Of a DNA stretch of 64,000 bases, positions 38,470-49,940 are shown piece by piece. The notes under the pieces were generated by a model. The model saw only the letters and a program-made list of their open reading frames with translations, had not been told where the DNA came from and made no database searches. A program made the position numbers and the translations under genes. This DNA is from Octopus vulgaris (Eukaryota), in contig OX597819.1 of NCBI GenBank assembly GCA_951406725.2, forward strand, positions 108,314,001-108,378,000, written 5' to 3'. Within the stretch, counting starts at the first letter, position 1. The number at the start of each line of letters is the position of its first letter.

Positions 38470-38860
38470 GAGTTCCAACTTTCCCATTATCATACATAAT
38501 TACAGACAATATAAGCAGACACACACACCTAAATTATCACTGAACAGAAAAAAAAGACATTCAGCAAAGCATTCCCACACAAAAATAGAGCCTCACCTAG
38601 CCATTGTTAAAACACCAAGCTGAAATACAGTAAATAACATCAAATGTAGAAATATAAATATTATCTGGTTTAATCCTCCCCATAGTTTAAATGTATCTGC
38701 AAATGTAGTGAGGAACTCCCTTATACTAATCAGTAGAAACATCCTCCACTTCATGCAGATAACTCAAACTTTTCAATAAAAATCCTGTTAAAATCTGAGT
38801 AACATAGGATTAGAAATCACTAATCATAATAAAAAAAAATTCTGTAAACACTAGACAAAC
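38470..38860 (+). mobile_element. Decayed Penelope-like ORF fragment
   Basis: NIIWFNPPHSLNVSANV...KLFNKNPVKI...ITNHNKK matches the Penelope RT-to-GIY-YIG linker IIWFNPPYSxNVxTN...IFNRNTVK...HNKK; oppositely oriented hammerhead-bearing end lies at 38000-38440. Confidence 0.7.
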
Positions 38861-40587
38861 AATCCAACAATTTGGTATACAGATGTCCCCTTTCTCTTTG
38901 TCTGTTTTGTCACAGTTACAGTGGTGTCTGTTTCTCTTAAATAGTTAGCTACATGCTACCTCCAACTATTTTTCTTCACCCATCCTCCCAGCACCACTGT
39001 GTCTCAACACCCAGTCCTTTCTTCACAGTAAATCATCTCTCTGGAATTACCTTCCCACCCATGTCTTTTTCTGCTGACATCTATTTACAGGTTTTCAAAC
39101 TGAATATCAGCTATATAAATCTTTCCAGTCTCAGAGTCTCCTCTTGACTAAACTTTAAACAAAATCTGCCTGTTCATCCACTTGCTCATTTAATCAGTCT
39201 CTTCTTTTAATATAGTAACTCTGTTACACTCACTTTGTAATCTAACAGCAATGTCCTGTTGGAAAATATAAATGACTCAACATTAAATTCGTTAATAGAC
39301 TTCCCAGTTGTTTATTGAACAAAGCGTACATCAGTTAGAAGCTCTGCATTTAATATGTATGTACACTCACACATGTACGTACACACAGAAACAAACATAC
39401 AAATAGGTGCAAACACTTTCAGTTCTCTCTCTTTCTCAAATACTCAAAATCATACATATATAATGTATGTACATTATGTATGTGTGTATGCTTGTGTGTA
39501 TAATTAGCTTACTACTAATTTTATATGTACTTTTGGTTTATACATACCTATGTATCTATTTGTGTGTGTGAGTGTATGCTACACCCAGTACACTTACACC
39601 CAATAAGTACCACCGCCTTTTGATACATACACAATGCTGTCTCCTTAGACAAGATGCTCTATTTACAACAGTCTACATAGCTGTATAATAAGCACCACCA
39701 CTTTCTACTACAGCTTTTAGGAGCCATCAAAGGAACCTTTACCTGGTCATTAAACCTACTAAAAGTAACAGTCAAATCCACCTCAAATTATACCCTACCA
39801 TCTTCAAAAGGTTAAGGACATATTGGATAACGTAATTCTCAAGATAATATAAATGGTCATGAATGGAGAATTTTTAATTAGAAGTTTAGCTGATCAGAAC
39901 TGAACTGGGCCAGTTTATATATCTACAACCATTGTGTTATATCTCTTTAGACAAGACATTCAACTTACTACCACAGTTTATCTATCTATAATTACAACAT
40001 CCTACACTCCCTGTTACAGCATATATTTGTATGAGAGAGATGGCTTTTAAATATCTGCTTCTGAGTTTCATGTTGCTGATCTCATTTTTCATAATTCTAT
40101 CTTGGGTTATAATGACTATGTCATGGTGACTGTTTTTCCTGTTCCATGGCTGATAAATTAAATACCTTAATGTGTTTAGGATAAATTAATTTCAATCAAC
40201 AACAACAACAACACACACACACACACATGCATATGTAAGTTGTTTTGTTACAGCATTTTTGTTTTTCTACTTTTATTACGTGGTTTAAGATAGCCAGCTG
40301 GCAGAATCATCAGTGTGTCAGACAAAATGTTTAGCAGTATTTCTTCTGGTTTTTTACATTCTGAGTTTAAATTCTGCTGAGAACAATTTTGCCTTTCATC
40401 CATTCAAGGCCAATAAAACAAAATACCAGCCAAGTACTAGGTCTGATGTAATCAACTAACCTTCTCCCACTAAAATTGCTGGTTTTGCACCAAAATCTAA
40501 AACAGTTATCAGTTTGCTTTGAAGGGACAGTTAATAGTCAAGATCCTTGAAGATTGGTGGGATCAATGCTCTTAATGTTTCATTTAA

Positions 40588-40799
40588 CCCATTAGCATTT
40601 AATCCAGCCATATCCAGCCCAAATATTCTACCTGCTTTATGTTAAAAATGGCCACATACAACATCTCTTACCCACCCTACAATGTCATTCTAAAAATGTA
40701 CCAACAGACCATTGGAGCTACAAGGCAATGTGTGATTAATTCAAAACCATATGAATAAATAAGATATACATTTGACAAAGAAATCTGAATGCTAAAGGT
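40588..40799. mobile_element. piggyBac-type MITE (212 bp)
   Basis: TTAA|CCCATTAGCATTTA ... TGAATGCTAAAGGT|TTAA. Confidence 0.7.
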
Positions 40800-40829
40800 T
40801 TAAATTATTCCGAGCTGATGGCTGAAGGA

Positions 40830-41185
40830 CAGACATGTACAAGGAAGCATTAGGCAGTGCAAGGCAAGGAGGTTGGACACAATATTGGTGATGAGTGAGT
40901 TAAGAGTGCTAAGTGGCAATGGCACAAAACTGGCCAGCCAAGCAGTCAGATAGGGCATGGAGTGTCTTGGTGAATGATTTCATACCAATCAGTTGATTAT
41001 CACCTAGACTGGACATAAACCAAGATGTTTCTGCAGGCAACAGCATCACCGTCACACACATGAGAACAGCAATCAGTTGTGGGTCTTCCATGAATTTTCT
41101 TGAGGGTTAATAGTTGTAAAGGCTGAAATATTTTCTGACTCTGAAGAGAAAGGCCAGTTTTTGTGATGCAGTCTTTGCTATATTA
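40830..41185 (-). mobile_element. Decayed CR1/Jockey-like LINE ORF2 fragment
   Basis: IAKTASQKLAFLFRVRKYF ... RPT..CCSHVCDG ... LIG, the post-RT region of such LINEs. Confidence 0.65.
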
Positions 41186-42245
41186 AGGAGAAATCTAGGA
41201 CAACATTATCTAGTGTAATTTCCTTTTTTCAGACAGCAAAATATAATTTTAAGGGAATATAGATGCTATTACTAGTGGTGCAAGCACCATGTAGAGGCTG
41301 CCCTCTAAGCTCATAGAAAGATAAGCTGTTGTTGTTCTTGCTTAGCCTCATATTAAGCAAGCCTATGATCAAAGTTATGCCAGCAATGACCATTTTATCT
41401 TCTTTTTTCCAAACAACATTTTATGATATGCCCTACATTCTAAAACAACACAGTATGATCTAAAGGACGTAGCTGATGTTTCTAGCAGTTTTAATGACCA
41501 TATAGAGGCTCCTTCATTGGTTGGCTCACAGCAAAGTGGGTTTTTCATCTCACCCCAAAAGATATAATTCTTCAAATTGTGCTTCTAACTCTTCTTTTTT
41601 GCTTCTTGTTCCACTTAAACCCTACACTAATTCTCCAAACAGTGTACTGTACTATATTTTATGTCTTGGAATTCTTTGAAACCATTTCTAGAATTTGCCG
41701 CCAAAAATACCCGCTTTTTATTTTAAATATATATTTCCTTCATTCTTTCCGTTTGTATTTTTATTTATTTAGTTAGTTATCTCTATTTATCTTCTTTTTT
41801 GTATGTGTTCATTTTTATTCTTTTGTTTTTCTTGAAATGTCTGGTATTGGGTAACCGTTTGCAAGCCCCATCACTACCACCACTCCTTCCCCCTTTACTA
41901 CACAGATGGAGCATAAATGTAGCTTGTTGAAGAAAATCTCTGAAGGTGAGAGTAGTGGGATGTTTGGAGGAGGAGGAGGAAACTGAAGACAAAGAACAAC
42001 AACAACACAAAGTAGAAGATAGACAAAACAAGAAGACTTTAGAGGGGAAACAGAAAGAAAGAAGAAATAGCACAAAAACAGAATAAGTAAAATTAAATAT
42101 TTTAAAATCTCCATCTTTGACCTGTTTTTGTGTGGGTGTTGTTTTCTTGTAAATTTTGAGTGTGTGTGTGTGTGTGTGTGTATGAGAGAGAGAGAGAGGG
42201 GCAGCAGACAGGCAGGCAAACAGACAGACAAAGCTAGAAAATGTC

Positions 42246-42254
42246 AGATAGATT

Positions 42255-42310
<56 letters not shown>
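42246..42310. repeat. (GATA)n tetranucleotide microsatellite
   Basis: Direct inspection. Confidence 0.95.
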
Positions 42311-42312
<2 letters not shown>

Positions 42313-42408
42313 GAGTGCGAGAGAGAGAGATGTGATACAAAACCAAAGTGTCAGACAAAGAAACTGAATGAGACAAAAGACAATGATAATGTATGAGACC
42401 AAAAGATA

Positions 42409-42453
<45 letters not shown>

Positions 42454-43052
42454 TGAAAGGTAACAGAAGACTGAAGCAGAAACAAAATGAGACAAAAAAA
42501 TATTAGGTTAAATGCAGAGTTAGAGACAATTTGTAAAAGGCAGACAATTTTTTTTTTCTTGTGACCTTATCATATAAATGCATGGGTCAGTGCCTGGTGA
42601 CCCTTGCTAGCCCACCCAAACTGATAAGATTGTTGTGACTAAAGTTCATTGTGAACATATATTGATTGACATCTACAGGAATAAAAAAAACACACAGGTA
42701 GGGATAGAATTCCAGAATGGTACAATTCTTAGGAAGTAGGTTGATAAAAGTGTTTTGTGTAGATTCTCTGAGATGATCCACAGTAGGAAAACTGAGAAGG
42801 GTAGCTATTGAAACACATGTGTGTCTGGATGGATGGCATATAGCTTGTGGTTCAGAGGCCAATGTAATAAGAGACAGGTGAGTGTTGGTGAATAAATCTT
42901 TACTAATCAGTCAATTGGTCTGGGTTTTTTTAATAGCTGAGTCAGAGAAGGAAAGAAAGTTCACATGGTCCTTTTCAAAGCCTCTGTGACTGGTGGGAGG
43001 AAAGTAAGAAGTTATCATCAGACTGAAAACCTGACCCCCCCCCCCCCGAATG

Positions 43053-43113
<61 letters not shown>

Positions 43114-43114
<1 letters not shown>

Positions 43115-43654
43115 GTGAGAGAGCAGTGCATGTCATCAAAGTGACACTGGGGTAAAATATATACCCATCATGACTACTCATCTGATAAGGGTACACCAGG
43201 CACATGCATCACTACCATATGTGCACAACATGGTGATCTCATATCAAGATAAACAGCACATGACCTTTCAGGTGGGGCCCAGTTAGAATTTTCTTCTGGT
43301 TGAGTAACCCATCCCACTCAAAAGGTCCCTGAATAAGGATTGTTTAAGGATGGTGAACGAACCACCCATGTTTCCAAAGGTGAATTATCTAAACCTCTAA
43401 AAATTCCTTTCAACACACGGCTATGATGCTCCCCCACTACTTCTGCTCATGGTCAGAGATGCACATATCGTCAGCCACTAAGGGACATGCTCAACTGGTT
43501 AAGGTCAAACAAATGACAAGCAAATCTGTGGTATTGAGCAGAATATTTGCTGTAGCCCATCTTTTATACCAAGACAAAACAATGTACATGATAACACTTC
43601 CAATCAGTTAGGATCAGAAGCCATGAGAACTACTGTCTCGTACTGCATCAGGTC

Positions 43655-43655
<1 letters not shown>
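43114..43655. mobile_element. About 540-bp non-coding interspersed element embedded in (TTA)n
   Basis: Near-identical copy at 63679-64000; both copies abut (TTA)n tracts; no TIRs or tRNA head recognised. Confidence 0.75.
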
Positions 43656-43699
<44 letters not shown>

Positions 43700-43704
<5 letters not shown>

Positions 43705-44123
43705 GAGGAGCATATGGGGTATTTGTTAGTGATAGCACTTCTGTTCACCATCTGTCGCATGCCAAAGCATGGATGCTTTTGAATAGTCAAGAAAAAAGGC
43801 AAAAAGACAGATAGATACAACAGTCTTATGTACAAAATAGCCCAGCTATGGAAAATGAAGGTGAAGAGAGTGCCAATTATTGTTGGGTCCCTGGGAACAG
43901 TATCAGAAGGCGTCAAGAGGAATATAAAGGAAATTGGAATAGAATTCCCAGTAGAACTGTTACAAAAGGTTTACCTCCTTGGCATGGCCAGAATAATCAG
44001 GAAAGCATTAGATAGCTGAAAAGAGCAAATAGCATGGTTCTGTAGGCTGTAGGTAGTAAGCCTGCTACGCATGCAAGACTCCAGGAGCTCCAACAAAACC
44101 TGTAATATAGAGATTATAATAAT
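43700..44123 (+). mobile_element. 3' end of an R4/Dong-like non-LTR retrotransposon (restriction-like endonuclease C-terminus)
   Basis: KKTDRYNSLMYKIAQLWKMKVKRVPIIVGSLGTV...LLQKVYLLGMARIIRKALDS* (ORF 43828-44019), short 3' UTR, ATAATAAT tail. Confidence 0.8.
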
Positions 44124-44267
44124 ATGAAGACTGACCACAGTTGTTATCCTAATATAGTATCAGCAGGTAATAGAATAAGGAGAAGGAAGTGGACCAGCAA
44201 AGAAAACAGAATAGTGATGCAGTGCTACTTAGAAAGTGAACCTAAGAGAAGGGTTCAATGGAAGTAG
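44124..44267 (+). pseudogene. N-terminal fragment of an R4/Dong-like ORF
   Basis: MKTDH...RRRKWTSKENRIVMQCYLESEPKRR resembles the RxKWTxExNxxxMxCY N-terminal motif of Dong/R4 proteins. Confidence 0.55.
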
Positions 44268-46197
44268 TTTACATGGGAACAACCTCAGGATTGTCTTAAT
44301 GGATTTCACTAAAAGCATCTTGAAACCAAGAAGTGGTGTTCAGTTGTACAAACCAGAACAAGAAGAGTCCCTCTAGTGAGCTTCCTCACAGTTTTTGCCT
44401 TCCAGATTTTATTCACAAGGCTTTGGTCAACCCAAGGCTACAATAAAAGATACTTTCCCAATGTGCCATACAGTGGGATTGAACTTGAAATGTAGAAGTT
44501 CTTAACCTGCACAGCTAGACTTGTACCCATGGATGCTTTCTAAAATGTTTGTCTGTAATACCTTGTATATCAATGGTGCCTGGAATTTGAGTCATGATTG
44601 AGTTTTGTAGAGCATCAGTATCTGATATATATCCTCTCATCTTGTTTCCTTATCTGCTTTTCAAGGCTTGCATGGGTCACATGAAATTTGTTGCGGCAGA
44701 TTTTCTGTATAACTTTCATGCATTTCCAAGCAAGGCAATATTTTGCTATGGCTGGATGTGTTTTTATAAGAAATTAGAAATGAATAACACCACTTGTATG
44801 TAGAGTAGTTTTGCAGCATAGAATATATTATGAGTTAGAGACATGGACAAAGTGAGAGAGGAGGAGAAGAGGGAAAGAGGGAGAAGTGAGAGAAAAATAA
44901 AACAAAGAAAAAAGGAACATAAACAGTGAGAAAGGAACAAAAAAGAAAGAAAAATAGAATCGAGTAAAGAGAGAGATAAAAAGGTAGAGAGACAGAGACA
45001 AAATGTAAGGAAAATGTGATAAAAAGAGGGAGAGACTAAAATAACATCACACAGAGTGAAAGAGGAAGAGAGAGAGACAGAGAGAGTAAAACAAAATGAG
45101 AGAGAGAGAGAGGCTTGATATTTATCCTTTTTAGAACACATTTCTCCTGCAGCTTTTGTTTGTCTTTTTATTCCCATATGGATTAATATACAAGAGTACA
45201 ATATCATTAATATTGATGATGGTGCTGTAATGAAGATAATAATAATAATAATTTCTTTTATTTAGCCACTGAGGACAATTCATTCATGCATACAAAATAA
45301 ATTATGAAATGTTAAGATTAGGGAGTTATAAATAGGCATTGGGAAGGATAAACAAATTTTATAAAAATGAAGGGAAGTGGGTCAGAGATGTTGTACAAAG
45401 AAAACACTTCAAAAATTTGTGTAAAAATAAAGATATATAAATAAATGATTGCAAAAGGAAAACGCAATGAATAAAATATTTAAAAAGCACTTATAGAAAA
45501 ACTTTTGGGCGTGTCCACCCACACAGATGGTAAGACCCTGTTAGTGAAATAATGCCAGAGCATCCCTCTTCTTCTGCCTGCTACCATTTGTACTGCAGTC
45601 TGGTGCACCCAAGGAGCCCACCAACATCTTCAGCATGTAATTGTAGTGTATTATTATTTTTACTAAAAATTTGTCATTTGGAGGTCTTCCATGCTGGTAC
45701 AGATATGTGATACATGTCGAGAATGTCAGCTGCTTAAAGAAATTCTGAAACCTTGAAGTAGATGGAGCCTGTGGAAGAAGGACACCCAGAAAGACGTGAT
45801 GAATTGGTAAAGGCCAAACTCAAGGAGCTCAATATTACAAAAGAGAAGAAAAAGAATTACCTAGAGCTGAAGAAGAGCCATCTACCTGTCTAAATATGGT
45901 AAACTGGTTGTTAAGATAATACTAGCAGTGATGGAAGCTGAGATTTATAAAATATCTACATTTAGGTCTCCTGCCTATTTTACTCCTTTTCAGTCTCCAA
46001 CTTCTCTCTTCTTTACCCTTTCATCTATTACTCATCCTCTTGTATATTCAGTGTATCCACATCACCTTTGTAATGAGGAATGGCATTAGGTTTGTCCCTA
46101 TTCAATCCCCCCTCCACATGACTCTTATCACTCTCCTTTTTTCCTTTGTTGCTTTGTTTTTCCTTTGGGCTACAAGGACTAGAAGGATTATCTAAAG

Positions 46198-46285
46198 CAG
46201 TGGTTCCCAACCTTTTCATAGTGGTCCCCAACCCTTTTATTTAAATGAGTTTTCTCACAGATCCTTTTTAATATGCTTATCCTTA

Positions 46286-46316
<31 letters not shown>

Positions 46317-46678
46317 TTACGTTTATATATTTGTTTTGCAAGATTTTTGATGTGAAATTTTGTGTTGAAACAGATATTGTTGTATTTAGAAAATACACAC
46401 AAATAAGAAAGAAGAAAGCAAAGGACCACTGATGCGGACACAGGAGTGTGATGAAAGAACTCTGGCCAAAATAAGATTAAGATTAATGTAAAAATAAATA
46501 ACGCTGAAGCAAAGTAGCACCAAATATATAGTGTGTGTGTTTTTATTGGCTAAACTGGCAAAATGACCATTCCTAAATACAACAATATATATATTTAATT
46601 TTGAATTTAGTTCATGGAGCTCCAGTACTATCTTTGTGGACAACCAGGTGTCTGCGGACCCCAGGTTGGGAACCACTA
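46198..46678. mobile_element. hAT (Charlie-type) MITE with 8-bp TSD
   Basis: TIRs CAGTGGTTCCCAACC / GGTTGGGAACCACTA; TSD ATCTAAAG at 46190-46197 and 46679-46686. Confidence 0.85.
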
Positions 46679-46686
46679 ATCTAAAG

Positions 46687-46998
46687 CAATCATTCACGGT
46701 TGCTTTTTACCTATGGACCCTTTCATTACAACTTTACTCTGGTGGACCCCCATAGTCATTCAGTGTTCAAAAACTAGTTTTCTAGATACTTATTTCAAAA
46801 TTACTATTCATTGCGCATTAACTTGTACAGGTTGAACTATGTAAAATGTTAGAGAAAGAAACCTTACTGTTTCTTGCAATAAATACATCTAAAGCAAGAT
46901 TTTTTCATAGACCCTCAATAAACTACTGTGGGTCCCTTATTCACTATTTTACTTGCATGGACTCCCAAGGGTCATACAGACCCCAATTAGAACCACTG
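46687..46998. mobile_element. Second, older hAT MITE abutting the first
   Basis: Right end GACCCCAATTAGAACCACTG followed by a third ATCTAAAG (46999-47006); left TIR decayed. Confidence 0.65.
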
Positions 46999-47674
46999 AT
47001 CTAAAGCAACATTAAAGAGTTCTTGCAACAGTTTTTATACAGGGCTACTGCTCCATGAAGCAGTCTAAAATAAAACAATAATCTATTAATATTCTTTTCT
47101 ACTCACAAAGCCCAGAATTTTTGGGGAGAGGGCCAGTCAATTAGATCAACCTCAGTATGCAATTGGTACTTAATTTATCGACCCCGAAAGGATGAAAAGC
47201 AAAGTCAACCTCAGCGGAATTTGAACTCAGGACGTAAAAACAGACAAAATACCACTAAGCATTTCTCCCGGCATACTAATATTTCTGCCAGCTTTCCACC
47301 TTAATAATCTATTAATATTAAATCAAATATAATATAAAATGAAAATTAAAAATACATACAAATTATAAAAGGAAATGAAATAAATATTGAATATAAAGAC
47401 ATGAAAAGTATAAAATAAAATATCAAATATCAAATATTCATACGTAATAATAAAGTGAAAATGCTAAACCAAAAAATATTTGTTCAAGTTTATATATTTT
47501 TTCCCATTAAATAATTATCTTAATTTTTATTAGGAAGTTTAATTCTTGTCTTATGGCTTTATATTATCTCTATATATTTTTTAACCAGGTTTTTTTTTTT
47601 TTTTACCATGATTTCATCTTTTTCAATTTTCTGTTTAATGTCATTCATGCAATTATTTAATGCCTTGACAGATT

Positions 47675-47691
47675 TTGTTGTTGTTGTTGTT

Positions 47692-47722
<31 letters not shown>

Positions 47723-47860
47723 TGGTGGTGGTGGTGGTGGTGGTGGTGGTGGTGGTGGTAGTAGTAGTAGTTGTAGTTGTAGTAGTAGTAGTAGTAGTAA
47801 TGGTGGTTGTGATGTTGGTGATGGTGGTTGCAGGTAGTAGTAGTAGTAGCAGCAGCAGCT
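47675..47860. repeat. Compound trinucleotide repeat (GTT/GTA/GTG/AGC)
   Basis: Direct inspection; source of poly-V and poly-P/L/Q ORFs. Confidence 0.95.
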
Positions 47861-49082
47861 ATGGTGTAGTAACGGTGGTGACGTGATTGTAATGGATGTG
47901 GTGGTATATTTCATATTGTGGTTGTGGTGATGGTTGAAGATGGAGGTTGTAATTGCAATTAAATGATGTTGTTAGTGGTAGTTGCGATGATTAATAATTG
48001 TTGTTGTTGTTGTTGTTTAGCCTCAGACCAACCATGATTTAGCAGATTTATGTTTGAAAACATTCCAGTTGTGACCATCCCAGCTTTTTCGAGGTATCCA
48101 GGACCACATTATCAAATATATTATTTCCTTATTTAAGACATTAGGGTGTGATCTGAGGGTATCTGACTGCTATTTACAGCAGATTGAGGCCCACTTTTTC
48201 CTTCATATTTCTGTATGTTATTGTTGATGTTTTTCTTCTCATAAAAATTATTCCTCCAAACTCTTCATGTTTTTCATTTTCAATCTCTTTGTATGAGCAT
48301 TAATTACCTTTATTTTTTTAACCTTTAATTTAGTAAGAAATTATATCATTTGCTTATTTGTATGAATTTGTACACAAATATACATGCTTACACACACACG
48401 TATGCACACACACACACACACACACAACAACAACAATATATACAACTATATTTTACAAACTTAATGTTTTTCTAACGAAACTCTGCTTTCACTAAATATA
48501 GTAGCTCATCTGAAACTAAGTATTTTTGAGTCTGTATTTTCAAAACATTCCATTTCACATCAGTTTGTAAAAACAAGATCTGAAAAGTATAACTATTTGC
48601 TCTACACTTATATTTAATTATATATAGTCTACTTTGGATTTTTAGTCTCCTTAATCTTTGTATACATATGTATGTGAATATGTAAGCATGTATGTGTGTC
48701 TGTGTGCCTGTGTAAACATATATGTGCGTGTGTGTGTGTATCATCACCATCCTTTTACATCAGGTTCTTTATGTTTGCATGGATTGGATGAATTTCTCTA
48801 CATGTTGCCAAGCGTTACAATCCTTCAGTGTCTAGCATACACAAGCAACAGAGAAAACCAGCCATCTTTGTTGTGTAATGCTTTTGGCAAGATTTTTATA
48901 ACTAGATGCCCTGACTATCACACAACTTTGGGTACATTTTATCATGCTATCTTCACTACAGATGTTGTTTTCAAGAAGATGAAAGATTACTCTCTATGTC
49001 CTCTGTGGCCTCTGTTATTTCCTTCTTTGTATATCTATATATATATATATATATATACAAGACACTTCCTTGTATATATATA

Positions 49083-49370
49083 TATCACCGTGACCGACCA
49101 GGCTATCAGATATTGCTACACATCGCTGGTCACAATGTATTTCGCATTGTTTTAGCCTTCAAATGACCCCACCTCGCTTGCTAAGTGAGCAGGTCAACAG
49201 AAGAAAGAGTGAGAGAAAGTTGTGGCGAAAGAGTACAGCAGGGATCGCCACCTCCCCCTGTTGGAGCCGTGTGGAGCTTTAGGTGTTTTCGCTCAATAAA
49301 CACTCACAACGCCTGGGAATTGAAACCGCGAGTCCACTGCCCTAACCACTGGGCCATTGCGCATCCACAC
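49083..49370 (-). mobile_element. tRNA-derived SINE (family D variant)
   Basis: Head GTGGATGCGCAATGGCCCAGTGGTTAGGGCAGTGGACTCGCGGTTTCAATTCCCAG; body shared with 62370-62672. Confidence 0.75.
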
Positions 49371-49539
49371 ATATATACACACACACGCACACAGAAGACA
49401 CTTCTGTTATAGCAGAAGACACTCAAAGTATCATACAGTGGGACTGAACCTGAAACCATGCAGTTGGAAAGCAAGCTTCTTAACCACACAGCTATGTCTA
49501 ATGCATAAGAACACATGAAAATGTGTATAACAGATAGAG

Positions 49540-49940
49540 ACAGATTAGTGCTCAGACCAGGTTGTATGATATTTGTGTGCAAAATGTGATACATCATAAT
49601 GAAACATGGTCATTCAATGGAAATGATGAGTAAAGGCTGGCAAGAAATCAACAAGCATGCCCTGCTGAATGTGTAATGTTAGAGTGCATGAATGATGAAG
49701 AATAAATGAACTAAGAGTAAAACTGTATATTACAGGAATGAGATGCTGTGTGCAACAGAGAAGACTGTGTTGGTACAATCATATGAAGCATGTGGAAAAT
49801 GACAATTGTGTAAAGAATTGCCAAGTGATCCACATGAAATGATCCTCTAGGAGAAGATTATTGAGGAAGATATATGGGAAGAAGTGATGAAGGCTGAATA
49901 CAAAAGACTGAACATCACAAAGAAGGTGTCAAAGGCTAAA
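49540..49940 (+). mobile_element. Degenerate RTE-clade LINE 3' fragment
   Basis: Homologous to 9545-10020 and 11960-12450 (..VQQRRLCWY.H..). Confidence 0.55.
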
